The position numbers were made by a program, and so were the translations under genes. A model generated the notes under the pieces. The model had not been told where the DNA came from and searched no databases. It saw nothing but the letters and a program-made list of their open reading frames with translations. Shown piece after piece: positions 48,125 to 62,415 of a stretch of DNA of 64,000 nt (the first letter of the stretch is position 1; each line of letters opens with the position of its first letter). The stretch is from assembly GCF_028641065.1 (NCBI RefSeq), contig NC_073380.1:32798001-32862000 (forward strand). The letters are read 5' to 3'. Source of the stretch: Leucoraja erinacea (taxonomy: Eukaryota).

Positions 48125-49180
48125 ATAATAATAATAATGATAATAATACATTTTATTTATGGGCGCCTTTCAAGAGTCTCAAGGACACCTTACAAAAATT
48201 TAGCAGGTAGAGGAAAAACATGTAAGGGGAATGAAATAAATAGTAGAGACATGACTAGTACACAGAGTAAAGACAGAATACAATTCAAAACACAATATGA
48301 GGCAATTAATGCACAGATGAAAAGGGAGGGGGACGTGGGGCTAAGGATAGGCAGAGGTGAAGAGATGGGTCTTGAGGTGGGACTGGAAGATGGTGAGAGA
48401 CACGGAATTGCGGATCAGTTGGGGGAGGGAGTTCCAGAGCCTGGGAGCTGTCCTGGAGAAGGCTCTGTCCCCAAAACTACGGTGGTTGGACGTGGATGGA
48501 GAGGAGACCGTGATGTGGATCTGAGGGACCATGAGGGTTGGTAGGGGGAGAGGAGGTCAATGAGATATGGGGGTGCCAGATGGTGGAGGGCTTTGTAGGT
48601 GAGGATCAGGATTTTGTAGGTGATCCGGTGGGAGATGGGAAGCCAGTGAAGTTGTTTGAGGACTGGAGTGATGTGATGCCAGGATTTGGTGTGGGTGATG
48701 AGTCGGGCGGCTGCGTTCTGGACCAGTTGGAGTCGGTTGATGTAGGTGGAGCTGATGCCAAGGAGAAGTGAGTTGCAGTAGTCCAGTCGGGAGGAGATGA
48801 AGGCATGGATGAGTCTTTCAGCAGCGGGAGGTGTGAGAGAGGGTCTGAGTTTGGCGATGTTGCCGAGATGAAAGAAGGAGGTTTTAATGACATGGCGGAT
48901 GTGAGGCTCAAGGGAGAGGGTGGAATCAAAGATCACGCCAAGGTTGCGGGCCTTGGGAGATGGGGAGACAGTGGTGCCGCCGATGGTGAGAGTGGGGTTA
49001 TTGATTTTGCTGAGTGTGGCTTTGGAGCCTATGAGGAGGAATTCTGTCTTATCGCTGTTGAGTTTGAGGAAGTTATGTTGCATCCAGGTTTTTATAGCTG
49101 ACAAACAGGAGTTGATATGGGAGAGGGGGGGCTTGTGGGGGGATTTGGTGCCGAGGTAGATCTGGGTGTCATCGGCGTGT
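48125..49180 (-). mobile_element. L2 LINE 3' portion (RT C-terminal pseudogene)
   Basis: ADDTQIYL, NFLKLNSDKTEFL, RNLGVIFD, SRLDYCNSLL, LQLVQNAAARL, HITPVLKQLHWLP; (TTA)n tail. Confidence 0.92.
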
Positions 49181-51359
49181 AGCTCCAGAAAACTATACAA
49201 TATGTGTAGCTCCAGAAAACAGACATTTCTGACACAGAGAAATCAGCCAACAGACATTTCTCAGGAATAATATAACCCAACACAATAATATAATAATATT
49301 CATTTAAAAGTGCAGAAACATAGTTTTATTTTTTAAATTATGTTTAATTGGTCTCTTTTATTAATATTTTTTTGATGTAATTCTGAATATGACTGACATT
49401 CAGAATCATCAGAAAAGCTTGACAAGTTTGGCTTGCTATCAGGTGAAGTTTGCTGGTAATTTTTCGATGTTCTTTTTTCTTGTTCTGACCTGCCCATGTT
49501 GTCTCTGTCACAATCATGAGGGTCCCTCCTAAGAGGGATTAGCCAGAATCCCGTTATTCGGCTCCAGAAATGGTCTTAAACAGAAAGATTACCTTTACTG
49601 CTGCAGACATTGTGAAGGAATGATAAGGTAGTACCTGTCAGGTCAATGTGGTTCAGCCAATAGTGTCTGCAATAGTGTCTGCAAAATCCAGGCCAGAGTA
49701 TAAAAAACATTTTTATTTCTTTGACATTTCTGCAGAGATATGAAACATTTTCTTTTGTCATACATATCTTTAGGCATGAGTCTTTCAAAGGTTTTGCATC
49801 TGAAACTTATGCTTAAGGGTGTCACATGATATTATGCCATTCATCCATTTCCTTGCAGGCACACGTCAACGTTTCTGCCATAAATGCAAGGTTCTCTCTA
49901 AAAGTAATATTTAGATATCAGACTAAATTGTAAAGATGTCTAAAGCATTCTGTCTGAAATGGCAAATATCACTGAGAAACCAGTGAGGAACAGGGACTAA
50001 TCAGATCACTTCATTTAAATTTTAAATTTAATTAATTCCTCAATGGCTAATCTGAGGAAATACCAAGAAGATCTCATGATTTCTTTCACAAGTTAAGATT
50101 TCTCAAACTGATTTTCTCCACTGAGTCCTGGCTGCTCCCCAGCTGCAGACACCTTCATTCCCTCAATCCAGCTGCACTTCTCATTACTATTTCTGACCTT
50201 GCAATTAACTCTGCCTCTAAGTAGTTCCAAGGTTTCATTTTCAAGTTTGGCTGCTCAAGTATGTGGGAGATTGCTGAAGAATACTCTGGTAATAAAATAT
50301 GCTGTGCATCACTGTATCAAATCATAGTGCTCTGTTGGTAGTGCAGTGTTGGTACCTCAACATTTTGCTTTTGCTATTTGCTTTGTAAAATGAATTGTAA
50401 TTTAGGTTTATTTAATGTGATTGCATTACCGTATTAAGTAACTCATTGCTCTTGTAAAGCATTTCTGGCAATTTGGTAAGCCAAATAGCTCAGTCCAAAA
50501 TGCATCAGAGAACAAACTATCAGATGATACAGAGCCACCTGCTCATAAATCATACCTTCATATTTGCACAAATAATTCATCTACAACTCAAATCAGAGCT
50601 GATTTATTGGTGCAAGGTGCTATTGCCTTGTCTGAAGTGAGAGATGAAAAGGAGGGGGTGGATACCCTGGTACCTTACAGTGCCATTTATCATCCAAGTA
50701 ATAATTTATACTGCGACTTCTTAAACAAAAGGTTATTTCTGCATCACCTTTCTGTCCAAATTCTGTGTCCTTGACATGGGAAAGTAGGTTACACTTTCAC
50801 TGACTTTTTAACTCTTTGAAATTGGAATTGAACTTTCTGCAGTTTATGATCTATTTCCAGATATTTACATTTTGAAACTGTTATCCTGTCAAAGTTTTTC
50901 AAAGGTCTATGATTCTGTTGCTGAATTAGTTGCCCGATATAATGTTAATGTGGCATCAAAATTAAGTTTCATAAATTTATACCATATGAGTGGCAGTATA
51001 AAGGTGTCTTCAGAATTTGTAAGTCAACCTTGGATCCTTGCTTTGACTAATGGAGTGGTTTGGTGGTTAATTAGGTACCATAAATAATCCCCGGTGTAAG
51101 TGATGGCAGGAGAATTGAAGAGGAGTTGATGGGCATGAGTATGAGAGAATAGTTACAGGGAAACAAGTTTGGAAATGGGACTAATAGGAATGCTCAAAGA
51201 GCCATCATAGCCTAAAAGGGCCAAATGGCCTCCTTCCTTGTCATAGGAAAATATGAGATATAAATATTTTTTTATATACCCAACCTTCATTTCATCACTG
51301 ACATTGTTGCTAATGAACTTTTAAAGGTTTAATATTATCAACCTGTCATATTGATTCTT

Positions 51360-51510
51360 TAGTTTAATTTAGAGATACAGCGCGGAAACAGGCCCTTCGT
51401 CCCAGCGATTCCCGTCCACTAGCATTATCCGACAAGCAACAATTTACAATTATACCAAGCCAATTAACCTACCAAACCTATACGTCTTTGGATTGTGGGA
51501 GGAAACCAGA
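51360..51510 (-). mobile_element. V-SINE 3' fragment
   Basis: TTTAGAGATACAGCGCGGAAACAGGCCCTTCG...GTGGGAGGAAACC. Confidence 0.75.
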
Positions 51511-51684
51511 GGTTAAAGCTTCTTTCCACCAAAATTAATGATTTCTCAGGTATATTCGCTTTAATTCATACTTTCCTCGATCTTTGCCTTCACTGCAGTG
51601 AAGTCTCTATTCTGATAGAACTTTATTTGATGGGCAGCTGCACTTTGTCGTGTCCTATACACGTACAAGTCCAATTGTCTTTTA

Positions 51685-51885
51685 AAAGAGTCAAGAGAGT
51701 ATTATTGTCATGTGTCCCAGATAGGACAATGAAATTCTTGCTTGTTGCAGCACAACAGAATATTGTATGCATAAATACAGAGCAGTTCAGTGTGTCTATA
51801 TTGCATAGACCATATATATATACATAAGTAAACAGATAAAGTGCAATAGGCTGTTATAGTTCAGACTTTGGTTGATGTCGTGTTA
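51685..51885 (-). mobile_element. LINE 3' tail (Rex/Babar-type)
   Basis: AAGAGTCAAGAG tail plus TTATTGTCATGTGTCC; the same end appears in plus orientation near 47800-47835. Confidence 0.5.
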
Positions 51886-52136
51886 AAAGATTTTTCAACA
51901 AATTTTGATCAATTGGGATGCAGCGTTTCATTTATCTAAGCTGGAACTGCTTACTCTTCTTGCTATCAGAACCTAAATTAGTTTCTTTAAAGTTTTGGAT
52001 GAAAGAACAATCTTATAAATGGTACTGGTATAAAGGAAAGAAGGGTAAGGTTTGCATTTTATTTGATCATGGTGTCACTGGAATTTTTGTATGTTGGAAG
52101 GAACTTTTTTTTTCAAATGCATGCAGAAACAAAGCC

Positions 52137-53118
<982 letters not shown>

Positions 53119-53223
53119 GTAAAGGGTCTCAATACTTATGTAAATGTGATATTTCAGTTATTTCTTTTTAATTACTTTGCAAACATTTCTAAACACTTGT
53201 ATTTGCTTTTTTATTATGGAGTT

Positions 53224-54598
53224 ATCATCATCGGCGGTCACTCAAAATGAGTGCGACTGTCCTCTCCTCTCCATTGGGTTGTCTATTTGTGGGTCTGCAG
53301 ATGTCTGTCGAGGCCGATCTGCTCACCTTGGTGCAACGTGGACAGTGGAGACTGGCGGTGTTTGTTGTTGAGCCCCCTTCTCTCTCTCCATACGGTGCTG
53401 TCGCTTTGTCTCTGCGACACGGCATACTTACATTTCGTTACTTGCAGCTCCTTCCTGCACGGATTTCCTCCAGGAGAGCCTGTCTAGTGCAATGTGCTCC
53501 CAGTTGTGATGTGGAATTTCTTCAGACTGTTCTTGATGTTGTCCTTGAAGTGTTTCTTCCTTCAATTGAGAGTACAGGATTTGTTTATGGAGGTGTATGT
53601 TGGAAATGTGGATGACATGGCCAGTCCATCGAAATTGTTGCTGCATTATTGTGGTGGTTTATCTGGTTATGTTGGCTTGTCCCAAAACACTGATGTTGGT
53701 GTGTTTGCCCTCCCAGCTGATCCTCAGAATCTTTCGTAAGGATCTTTGATGATATTTTTCCAGAGCAGCAGACATGATATTCACCGCAAGCCAACTCCTG
53801 GAAAAATGCCGTGAACAATGGTAGCCTTGGCCTTCATATACCTGACAAAGGCTTTTGACTCGGTAGACCGCCAGGCTCTTTGGAGCATACTATCAAGGTA
53901 CGGTTGCCATTACAAGTGCATCAGAATCTTGAGGCTTCTACATGATGGTATATCGGTCACAGTGCTCAGCAACTGCAGCTCTGTTTTGAGCCCTTCACTG
54001 TGGAAACGGGGGTCAAACAGGGATGCATCATCGCACCCACCCTGTTTGTCGTCTTCATTGCTGCCATACTTCACCTCATTGGTGAAGCGCTGCCACAGGG
54101 GATTCCAATCTTCTACAGAACTGACGGTGGGCTCTTCAACCTTAATAGGAAGATAGCAAGAGCAAAGTCAGTTACACCGCCATCATGGAGCTTCAGTACA
54201 TGGACGACTGTGCCATTGCAGTACACTCTGCAGAAGACCTCCAGGGCATCCTGAATGCCTTTGCCAAGGCATACAGAGCTATGGGCCTAGCCTTAAATCT
54301 CAAGAAGACACAGGTCCTACATCAATCTCCACCCAACCAGCCGTCTACCCAGCCAACTATAAAAGTGGACGACACCACTCTTGAAAATGTTGACCACTTC
54401 CCCTACCTTGGCAGCATTCTTTCCTCAAAAGCTGACATCGACTCTGAGGTCAACCATTGCCAGCGGAGCACTCAGGAAAAGAGTCTTTGAAGACCGAGAC
54501 CTAAAGGCTCAAACAAAACGGCTGGTCTACAGAGCCATGCTGTTGTATGGAGCCGAGTCATGGACCAGCTACAGCTCCTATCTGCGAGCCCTGGGACA
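53224..54598 (-). mobile_element. RTE (BovB-like) LINE with a 5' inversion
   Basis: Minus segment 53224-53764: EKYHQRSLRKILRISW, QFRWTGHV, WEHIALDRLSWR and a (GAT)n tail. Plus segment 53765-54598: LTKAFDSV, GVKQGCIIAPTLF, QYMDD, LLYGAESW. Confidence 0.88.
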
Positions 54599-55299
54599 AT
54601 TATGGGGTATTCTGTGTAGATTGAAGATAAAACAAAATGAATTTAATCAATTTTAGAATAAGGCCTTAATGTAACAAAATGTGGAAAAGGTGAAGGGGTC
54701 TAAATACTTTCTGAATGCACTGTACATTTCTTAGTGCTGCAGAGACACAGTTTGTTTTGCGTTCACTGTGACCTAAGACACTCCCTTTGGATATTAATGA
54801 ATAAAGTGCTAATTCTATTATTTGAATGAGGATGGGAGTTGATCAGTGGTGAAGCATTATTATCTATAATCTCTCCCACATTACTCATATGCACACAACT
54901 TTGGCATTGAATCTTTTTATTAACGATAATGTGACTTTTGCTTGGGCAACATGCTGGGATATGTTAGGGTGGGTTAGGTACTGCTGGTCCTCCGTCCTGC
55001 CTATCAGATGTGAAGAGCCACTGATTGACTTTTATGGAAACCAGCTTCCAATCTATGGTATTAAGATAAGCTTTGGAAGAAAGTCTTGTGAACACTTGAC
55101 GAGCCCAAATCATGGGAGGACACTTCCTCCTCGTAGTTCCAGTAAGTTAACTTCACTTGCAAAGTCTCTTATACTTTTTACTGAGTTTGATACCTGTGGT
55201 AGGGCCCCAATTTGATTGACATAAATATCTAATTACTACTTGCACTGCGATATAACTATGTCATATTAGGTAGTGTGACATAAAAGTGCTATTTCTGTT

Positions 55300-55480
55300 A
55301 TGGAGCTGAGTCATGGAATAGGCGACGTTTCAGGTCGAGACCCTTTGTCAATCTGAAGAAGGGTCTTGACCCGAAACGTTGCCTATTCCTTCGTTCCATA
55401 GATGCTGCCTCACCTGCTGAGTTTCTCCCATTATTTTTGTCTACCTTGGATTTTTCCAGCATCTGCAGTTCTTTCTTGAG
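55300..55480. mobile_element. Penelope terminal-repeat module with opposed hammerhead cores
   Basis: GACGTTTCAGGTCGAGACCC (-, partial) followed by a plus-strand core. Confidence 0.8.
55353..55380 (+). ncRNA. Minimal hammerhead ribozyme-like core
   Basis: CTGAAGA-A-GGGTCTTGACCC-GAAA-CGTT: intact G10.1-C11.1 pair and a GUU triplet. Confidence 0.55.
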
Positions 55481-56319
55481 CATATTAGGGAGAATCATGT
55501 AATATAAATAGTACTTTTTGGTCACATCATCTAATAGGAATAGCAAAGATTTATCATTTATCTCTTTTATCAGATCAGATGACTTTTGGGCTGAATAAAA
55601 TGACCAACATTGTTGTTTTTGAAAAGTGATTTTCCCACTTGAACTATAAGGTAATATAAGATCATTTTAATTTCAATTGATGAGTTTTCTTGTCGATTGT
55701 TTTATAATAATAAATGCCATGAAATGCTGATATATATTTTCCGAATTGCATTACACAGCTCCAATTATCTTCGTAATCTTGAGATATTAGGCTGCATTTG
55801 TTATTTGGTGGAGAAAATATGTCTGTTCAAAATACAAACTTAGAGGTGCACCTTGAAATTCATCATTGTTAATGTTAAATGCTGAAAAAAAGTTATTGCT
55901 GTGTATTAAAACATACCCAAATTCAATTCCACAGAGCATAAGGCACAGCTGCTACAATTTGGGATTTAGAGCTGCTGTCCAAAGTTCAACCTCGCCAAAA
56001 TTAATTAAAATACATGACATCTTACAACCTAATTACTATTAATTAATTATATTTCATTGCAACAATTAGTGCTACTAATTAATAATACATATATAAATTT
56101 TAACTTTTAACCTTTTGAATATAGATAGAAGGGCTACATTTTCCCGAAATTGAGAAGACTTATCTTTCCCTTTCCCAGTAAGGTGTCTATCTGCTTGACC
56201 TTTGATTGACCTACCAGAAACAAGGTACCAGAGTGGCACCAGCTTCAGGCATCTTCGAGAAGGGAATGACAGTGGATCTTTGGCAGCATTACAAAATCAT
56301 TAGAGACCCTTTTTGGACA

Positions 56320-56640
56320 TAAAAACATAGAAAATAGGTGCAGGAGTAGGCCATTCGGCCCTTCGAGCCTGCACCGCCATTCAATATGATCATGGCTGAT
56401 CATCCAACTCTGTATCCTGTACCTGCCTTCTCTCCATACCCCCTGATCCCTTTAGCCACATGGACCACATCTTAAATATAGCCAACAAACTGTCCTCAAC
56501 TACTTCCTGTGGCAGAGAATTCCAGAGATTCACCACTCTCTGTGTGAAAAATGTTTTCCTCATCTCGGTCCTAAAAGATTTCCTCCTTATCCTTAAACTG
56601 TGACCCCTTGTTCTGGACTTCCCCAACATCAGGAACAATC
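56320..56640 (-). mobile_element. CR1 3' fragment
   Basis: KSRTRGHSLRIRRKSFRTEMRKTFFTQRVVNLWNSLPQ; (CATAGAAA)-type tail. Confidence 0.9.
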
Positions 56641-56729
56641 GGGACCTTGTAGAAGACCCTATCATGTCTCTGGCTTCAGTCAGTAATCCAGAACGGGCCT
56701 TGCCTCAGCAGTAGAAATCAGTCAGGAAA

Positions 56730-56830
56730 CCAAGATAGGACACAAAGTGCTGGAGTCACGAAGCAGATTAGGCAGCCTCTATGGAGAACATGGAATGATG
56801 ACATTTTGGGGCAGACCCTTCTTCGGACAG
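56730..56830 (-). mobile_element. Penelope terminal-repeat fragment
   Basis: GACACAAAGTGCTGGAGT...GGAGAACATGG...GACCCTTCTTC. Confidence 0.6.
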
Positions 56831-58879
56831 GAAACCCAGGTGTGTTTGTTCAACTCCCAAGTCATTCTTTGAATGCTCTGCAATATTTCCTGTGGGAAAT
56901 GTGAACAATGCACATCTGAATCATTAACATCTCTTAGAGGTGACGTTTCTGTATGATCACGGCAAGTTCCCTCTCTCAGCCACTTCTCTGTTGGTTTCAG
57001 ATGGTATCAATACAAGATACCAATCACAACATGCAATTGGGTTGACGTGTTTACAGGACGGGGAAAGATAAGGTTCAGCACACAAGACAGAACAGAGGTT
57101 ACGTCGGGATAATCAGTTGCAAAATTCTTCCATACGGATCAGATTAATGTTTTTTCACATTGGCAGAAGTTCAGATATTTCAAAATATTTTATTTTGCAA
57201 ATTGCTGTAATTGTAACTTCAAAGTAGAAGGTAACTATATGAAAAAGAGAAGTGCATATTTTTTAATAAGCACTTCATTTATATTTAGAGGACAGATTTC
57301 CAAGTAGGATATAATCTACATGAGAAGTGGCAGTTTCTTTGGGATATACTGGAGTGTTCTCATGAGGCTGCATGCATGTCACTTTGTATTTCTTGACACT
57401 TAATGGCATCAGAATGATCTCTTGTTTGTAAAAGGCTGAAAATTGAGCCCTATTTCTTTACTAAGTGAGCATCGTAAGTTGAATTAGCGTTAGATTTTCT
57501 CCTTTGCTACACACAATCTTTGACATGGTGTTTAATAGTGTTAAGCCTACCGCTGCTGATCTAAACGATGACCCTCGCGTCTCCATGATAGCGAAACGTC
57601 TCTCTGATGTGAATTCATGGACCCGGAGCATTAAGTTAATTTTACCCTGGATAGTTGAGTTGCGTCTTTTTTTACCCCGCGGAAATACTGTGAAGAATAC
57701 AGATTTTGACCAAATGACAGAGCGTGGAGGGTACAATTAGGTGCATTAAATTAGAATATGACAAAAAGCCTATCTAAATATTTGTCACAATGTTACCTAT
57801 TCAATGTAATGGTCTGTTCATGAAGTGAAAGCAGACAACCACGGGCACTTAATTTTCTGAATAATAGGTGAGTTTTCATGATCCTTTATCAGCTTTGAAG
57901 GGATAATTGAGGACATGGTGTAAGTTGTCATAGGTCAAGATTTGATGATTTGGTTTATAATCTAGGATTAGACCTTGCTTCATTTCCATTTTACACAGAA
58001 TTAACTCTATGAATACTCAGCATCAACTGCATTTTTTTGACTCAAGACAGGCACCAACAGAGCTCTTGCATTGGATCAAATGCCTGCATTCCCAGCTGGG
58101 GAATGGAAAACAGAAAGATGTGAGGGGAATGCAATATGCTGAATTATTAATAATGCCATTTAAAGTAATAAATAGGTATAATTTATTTCTATAAAGGAAA
58201 CACAGCAGCACTGGGTTAATGTGGCTGTATAAATGTCTGTGCAATGTACAGTAGTAAAACCCCATGATCCTACGATCTTTGATTAGATTTGAGCCAGTAA
58301 ATATCTTGTGATTAATCAAAATGGGTTGTTCTGCATGTAGTATAAGTCACCTTCACAGATGGGATGCAAATGTCTGCATTGTTTGCTGAAATTATTTTGT
58401 CTCTTGTCACCTATTTCCATCGCTGGAAAGGATCGGCAAGAGAAATGAATCATTTGTTATTTCATTGTTCAAACTAGCCAACCATTAAACAAAGCAAAAG
58501 GAAACACCCCCGATGTGATGGGAACAAACCAAGAATGTCAAGCTGAGAAGGGACTGACATGCTTGTACTTGGCACGTATGAATGGCCTTGCTATTACAGC
58601 AGGGTTTCATATGCTGTTGTATGTTTATGAAGTAATCATTAAGAATACCATCATCCATGTTTGTATTACATTAGGTGTAAAATCCTGTAATGACTACATT
58701 GTACATTTTGTTGTTTAGATAAGACTAAAATCCCAGCAATAATTGAGGAAACAATTTTCCCAGTGGGCACTAAAACACCGAAAACTGTTAACCCAATATT
58801 TCTACAGCAGCTGCTTCATTTCGTAGAGGAGTGGAAAGATTTCTTGCTCAATGTTTATTTTCCAATTACTTTGTTGAAT

Positions 58880-59220
58880 GATGCAGTTAGTGGAGCTGCT
58901 GCCACACAACTGCAGCATCCTGTCTTTCATCCTGACCTCTGGCCACTATCTATGCAGAGTTCAAACATTCTCCCTCTGACTGTTGGTGTTTACATCAGGT
59001 GGTTTGGTTTGCTCCGGAATCCTAAAGACGTGTGCTTGTCGATTAATTAGCAACTGTAAATTTGCCCTTGTGTGTAAGTGAGTCGTGGAATCTGTGGGGA
59101 TTGATGAGAATGTGGAGTAAATAATAAAAAAAGGATTTGTGTAGATGAATGTAAACTGGTGTTTACAGTGCAGAATCGATGGGCTAACGGGCGTACTTCC
59201 ATGCTGCATAACTATGAATG
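58880..59220 (+). mobile_element. Old V-SINE
   Basis: Degenerate head, AGAGTTCAAACATTCTCCC, GGTTT...CCTAAAGACGTG, CTGTAAATTTGCCC. Confidence 0.6.
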
Positions 59221-59399
59221 AGTGAATGCTGCAATACTGGGAGGAGTATAAATAAGTGCATGCAGTGGGATTAGAGGAACCTGAGTAGCCTGATGATGAA
59301 CAATGTCTACAGGAAGCATGTTCGTTGTGCATGGAGTCTCTCCAGAGCCAAAGACATGCACTTCTGACAAGACTTACAAGGGAAGACTGAGAATAAGAG

Positions 59400-59570
59400 T
59401 GCAGTCTCCTAGCCTGCTCAATCTCTCCCTATAGCTCAGGCCCTCGCACCCTGGCAATATCTTTGTAAATCTTCTCTGCACTCTTTGAAGCTTAATGGTA
59501 TCTTTGCCATAGTAGGGCGACCAGAATGGGACACAATACCCCACGTGTGGCCTCATAAACATCTTGGACA
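59400..59570 (-). mobile_element. CR1 fragment
   Basis: RPHVGYCVPFWSPYYGKDTIKLQRVQRRFTKILPG. Confidence 0.8.
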
Positions 59571-60679
59571 ATTATACATTGGTGATCATTTTCCAATGTT
59601 CTATAGACTCTAGATCAGTTGCTGTGGACTGGAGGGTAGTTAATGTAACCCCACTTTTTTAAGAAAGGAGGGAGAGAGAAAACGGGGAAATAAAGACCAG
59701 TCATCCTTACATCAGTAGTGGGGAAGATGCTTGAGTCGATTATTAAAGATGTTATAGCAGTGAATTTGGAAAGCAGTGACAGGATCAGTCAGAGTCAGCA
59801 TGGATTTGTCAAAGGGACTTACTTGACTAAGCATGCTTGACGAATCTTCTGGAATTTTTTGAGGATATAACTAGTACAACAGATATGGGTGAGCCAGTGG
59901 ATGTGGTGTATCTAGACTTTCAAAAAGCCTTTGACAAGGTCCCACACAAGAGATTCGTGTGCAAAATTAGAGCAGACAGGAAGCAAAGAGTAGGAATTAA
60001 CGGGTCATTTTCAGAATGGCAGGTAGTGCAGTGGGGTGCCGCAAGGCTCAGTGCTGGGACCAGTTATTTACAATATATATTGATGATTTAGACGAGGGAG
60101 TTAAATGTAACATCTCCAAGTTTGTGGATGAAACAAAGCTGGGTGGCAATGTGAGCTTCGAGGAAGATGCTATGAGGCTGCAGGGTGACTTGGATAGGTT
60201 GGGTGAGTGGGCAGATGCATGGCAGATGCAGTATAATGTGAATAAATGTGAAGTTATCCACTTTGGTGGCAAAAACACAAAGGCAGATTATTATCTGAAT
60301 GGTGTCAGATTAGGAAAGAGGAGGTGCAATGAGACCTGGATGTCCTTGTACATCAGTCACTGAAAGTAAGCACGACTCATTTACACACAGCAGGCAGCTA
60401 GAAAGCAAATGGCCTTTATAGCAAGAGGATTTGAGTAAAGGAGCAAGGAGATTGTACTGCAGTTGTACAGGGTCCTGGTGAGACCGTACCTGGATTAATG
60501 TGTTCAGTTTTGGTCTCCTAATTTGAGGAAGGATATTCTTGCTATCGAGGGAGTGCAACGTAGGTTCACCAGGTCAATCCCAGGATGCCGGGACTGACAT
60601 ATGATGAAAGAATGGGTCGACTGGGCTTGCATACACTGGAATTTAGAAGAATGAAAGGGAATCTTATAGGAACGCTAAT

Positions 60680-61797
60680 AGAGACTAAGTGGGACCCGTT
60701 GGGTCCCAGTCACATGGGCCTGGTCCCCCAACGCAACCCATTCCCCAATGCAACATTCCACCACTCACCTGTTCCCCCCAACGCAACGGCTGGAGCGTTC
60801 TGTAGCCGGGGGATGGGGACGGCTTCAGGCGGGGCCTGTTGGGTGTGGGGGAGGGGGGCTGTGTGAGGGAGGGGGGGAGAGTGTGTGTGGGGGGGGGGGG
60901 GGGGTGTGTGTGTAGATGAGGGGGTGTGTGGGGTTGTGAGAGTAGGGGGGGTGTGCGGGTAGGGGAGGGGGGTGTATGTGGAAGGGGGAGGGGTGGGTGG
61001 GTGGTTAGGGGGAGCGTGGGGGAGGGGGTTTGTGGGAGAGGGTGTGTGGGGGAGGGGGTGTATGTGGGGGGAGGCGTGTGGGTGGTAGGCGTAGTGTGGG
61101 GGAGGGGGGTGTGTGGGGAGGGTGGTGGAGGGGAGAGTGGGGGTGTTGAGGAGCGGGTGTGTGGGGGAGGGGGGTGTAGGGGAGGGGGGGTTGTAGGGAG
61201 AGGGGGGGGGTGTGTGGGGAGGGGGTGGGTGTCGGGGTGTGGGGGGGGGGGTGTGGGCTCACCGGTTCCCGGCTCCAGCACCAACTCCGACACCAACTAC
61301 ACTCCTGGCTCCAGGACCCGGCTCCGGACTCACCCAGCTGCTCCCGTCCCCAGCGCCTGTCGCACTCACAGACCCCGCCTGCGAACACAGCCCGCCCCCG
61401 CCCGCGGAACACAGCTCACACTCCGCTGCTTCAGCTGTATTCTCGGCGGCTTGTGGACGGGCGTGGATGGCGGCTTGTGGGTGGGCGGCTTCAAAAGGTG
61501 CTCACAGACTCAGCCCTGCCTCCGGGACTTTATTCTTCAGCGGGTGCCGGAAGGGACTTTACCTTCATGGTGACTGACAGACAGGCGAGAAGACCAATCT
61601 GCTGATCTCACGATTATTTAAACCTTCATAACTTTTGTAATCTTCCACCGATCGGAACAAAACGTGGTGCGCTTGGAGCAGAGGAGAACGGTGAGTAAGG
61701 TGGCAAGTAATCCTAGCGATTATAGGGTAGCGTTTTTGCTCAATTTTAAAAACATCGCAGGCCAGAAGTGGTCAAGATGAAAGTTTTAGTAATAAGA
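60680..61797 (-). mobile_element. Non-autonomous Helitron followed by (ATAG)n
   Basis: GGGACCC-GTT-GGGTCCC hairpin at 60691-60707; minus-strand 5' end A|TCTTATTACTAAAAC; CTAG terminus degenerate. Confidence 0.7.
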
Positions 61798-61854
61798 TAG
61801 ATAGATAGATAGTTAGATAGTTAGATAGATAGTTAGATAGTTAGATAGATATAG

Positions 61855-62415
61855 TTTAGTTTAGAGATACAGCGCGGAAACAGGCCCTCCGGCCCTCCAT
61901 CAACACTGTCCTACACATACTAGGGTCAATTTGCACATACACCAAGTCAATTAACCTACATACCTGTACTTCTTTGGAATGTGGGAGGAAACCGAAGATC
62001 TTGGAGAAAAACCAAGCTGTCACGGGGAGGACGTAAAACTCCGTACAGCACCTGTAGTCGGGATTGACCCCGGATATCTGGTGCTGCAAGCGCTGTAAGG
62101 CAGCAGCTCTATTGCTGTGCCACCGTGGCCGCACTAAAAGATCCGGTGGCCCACCGAATCCGCGCCGAGCAGCGATCCTCGCACACTAGCACTTTCCTAC
62201 GCATACTAGGGACAATTCACAATTTTACCAAAGCCAATCAACGTACAAACCTGTACGTCTTTGGAGTGTGAGAGGAAACTGGACCTCCCGGAGAAAACCC
62301 ATGTAGGTCACTGGGAGAATGTACAAACTCCGTACTGACACTACCCTTAGTCAGGATCGAACCCGGGTCTCTGGCGCTGTTATGCAACAACTCTACCATG
62401 TGCCACCGTGACGCC
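61855..62415 (-). mobile_element. Two tandem V-SINE (HE1-like) copies
   Basis: Two GTGGGAGGAAAC..GA...GAGAAAACC V-cores, reverse B-boxes (GGATCGAACCC) and GCCACCGTG heads. Confidence 0.85.

Noticed and set aside
57561-57612. Hammerhead core in the 57.5-kb island (CGAAACGTC, CTGATGTGA)
   Set aside because: No proper CUGANGA and no stem II in the required order
60685-61605. ORFs of about 200 aa on both strands
   Set aside because: G/T-rich simple sequence within a Helitron
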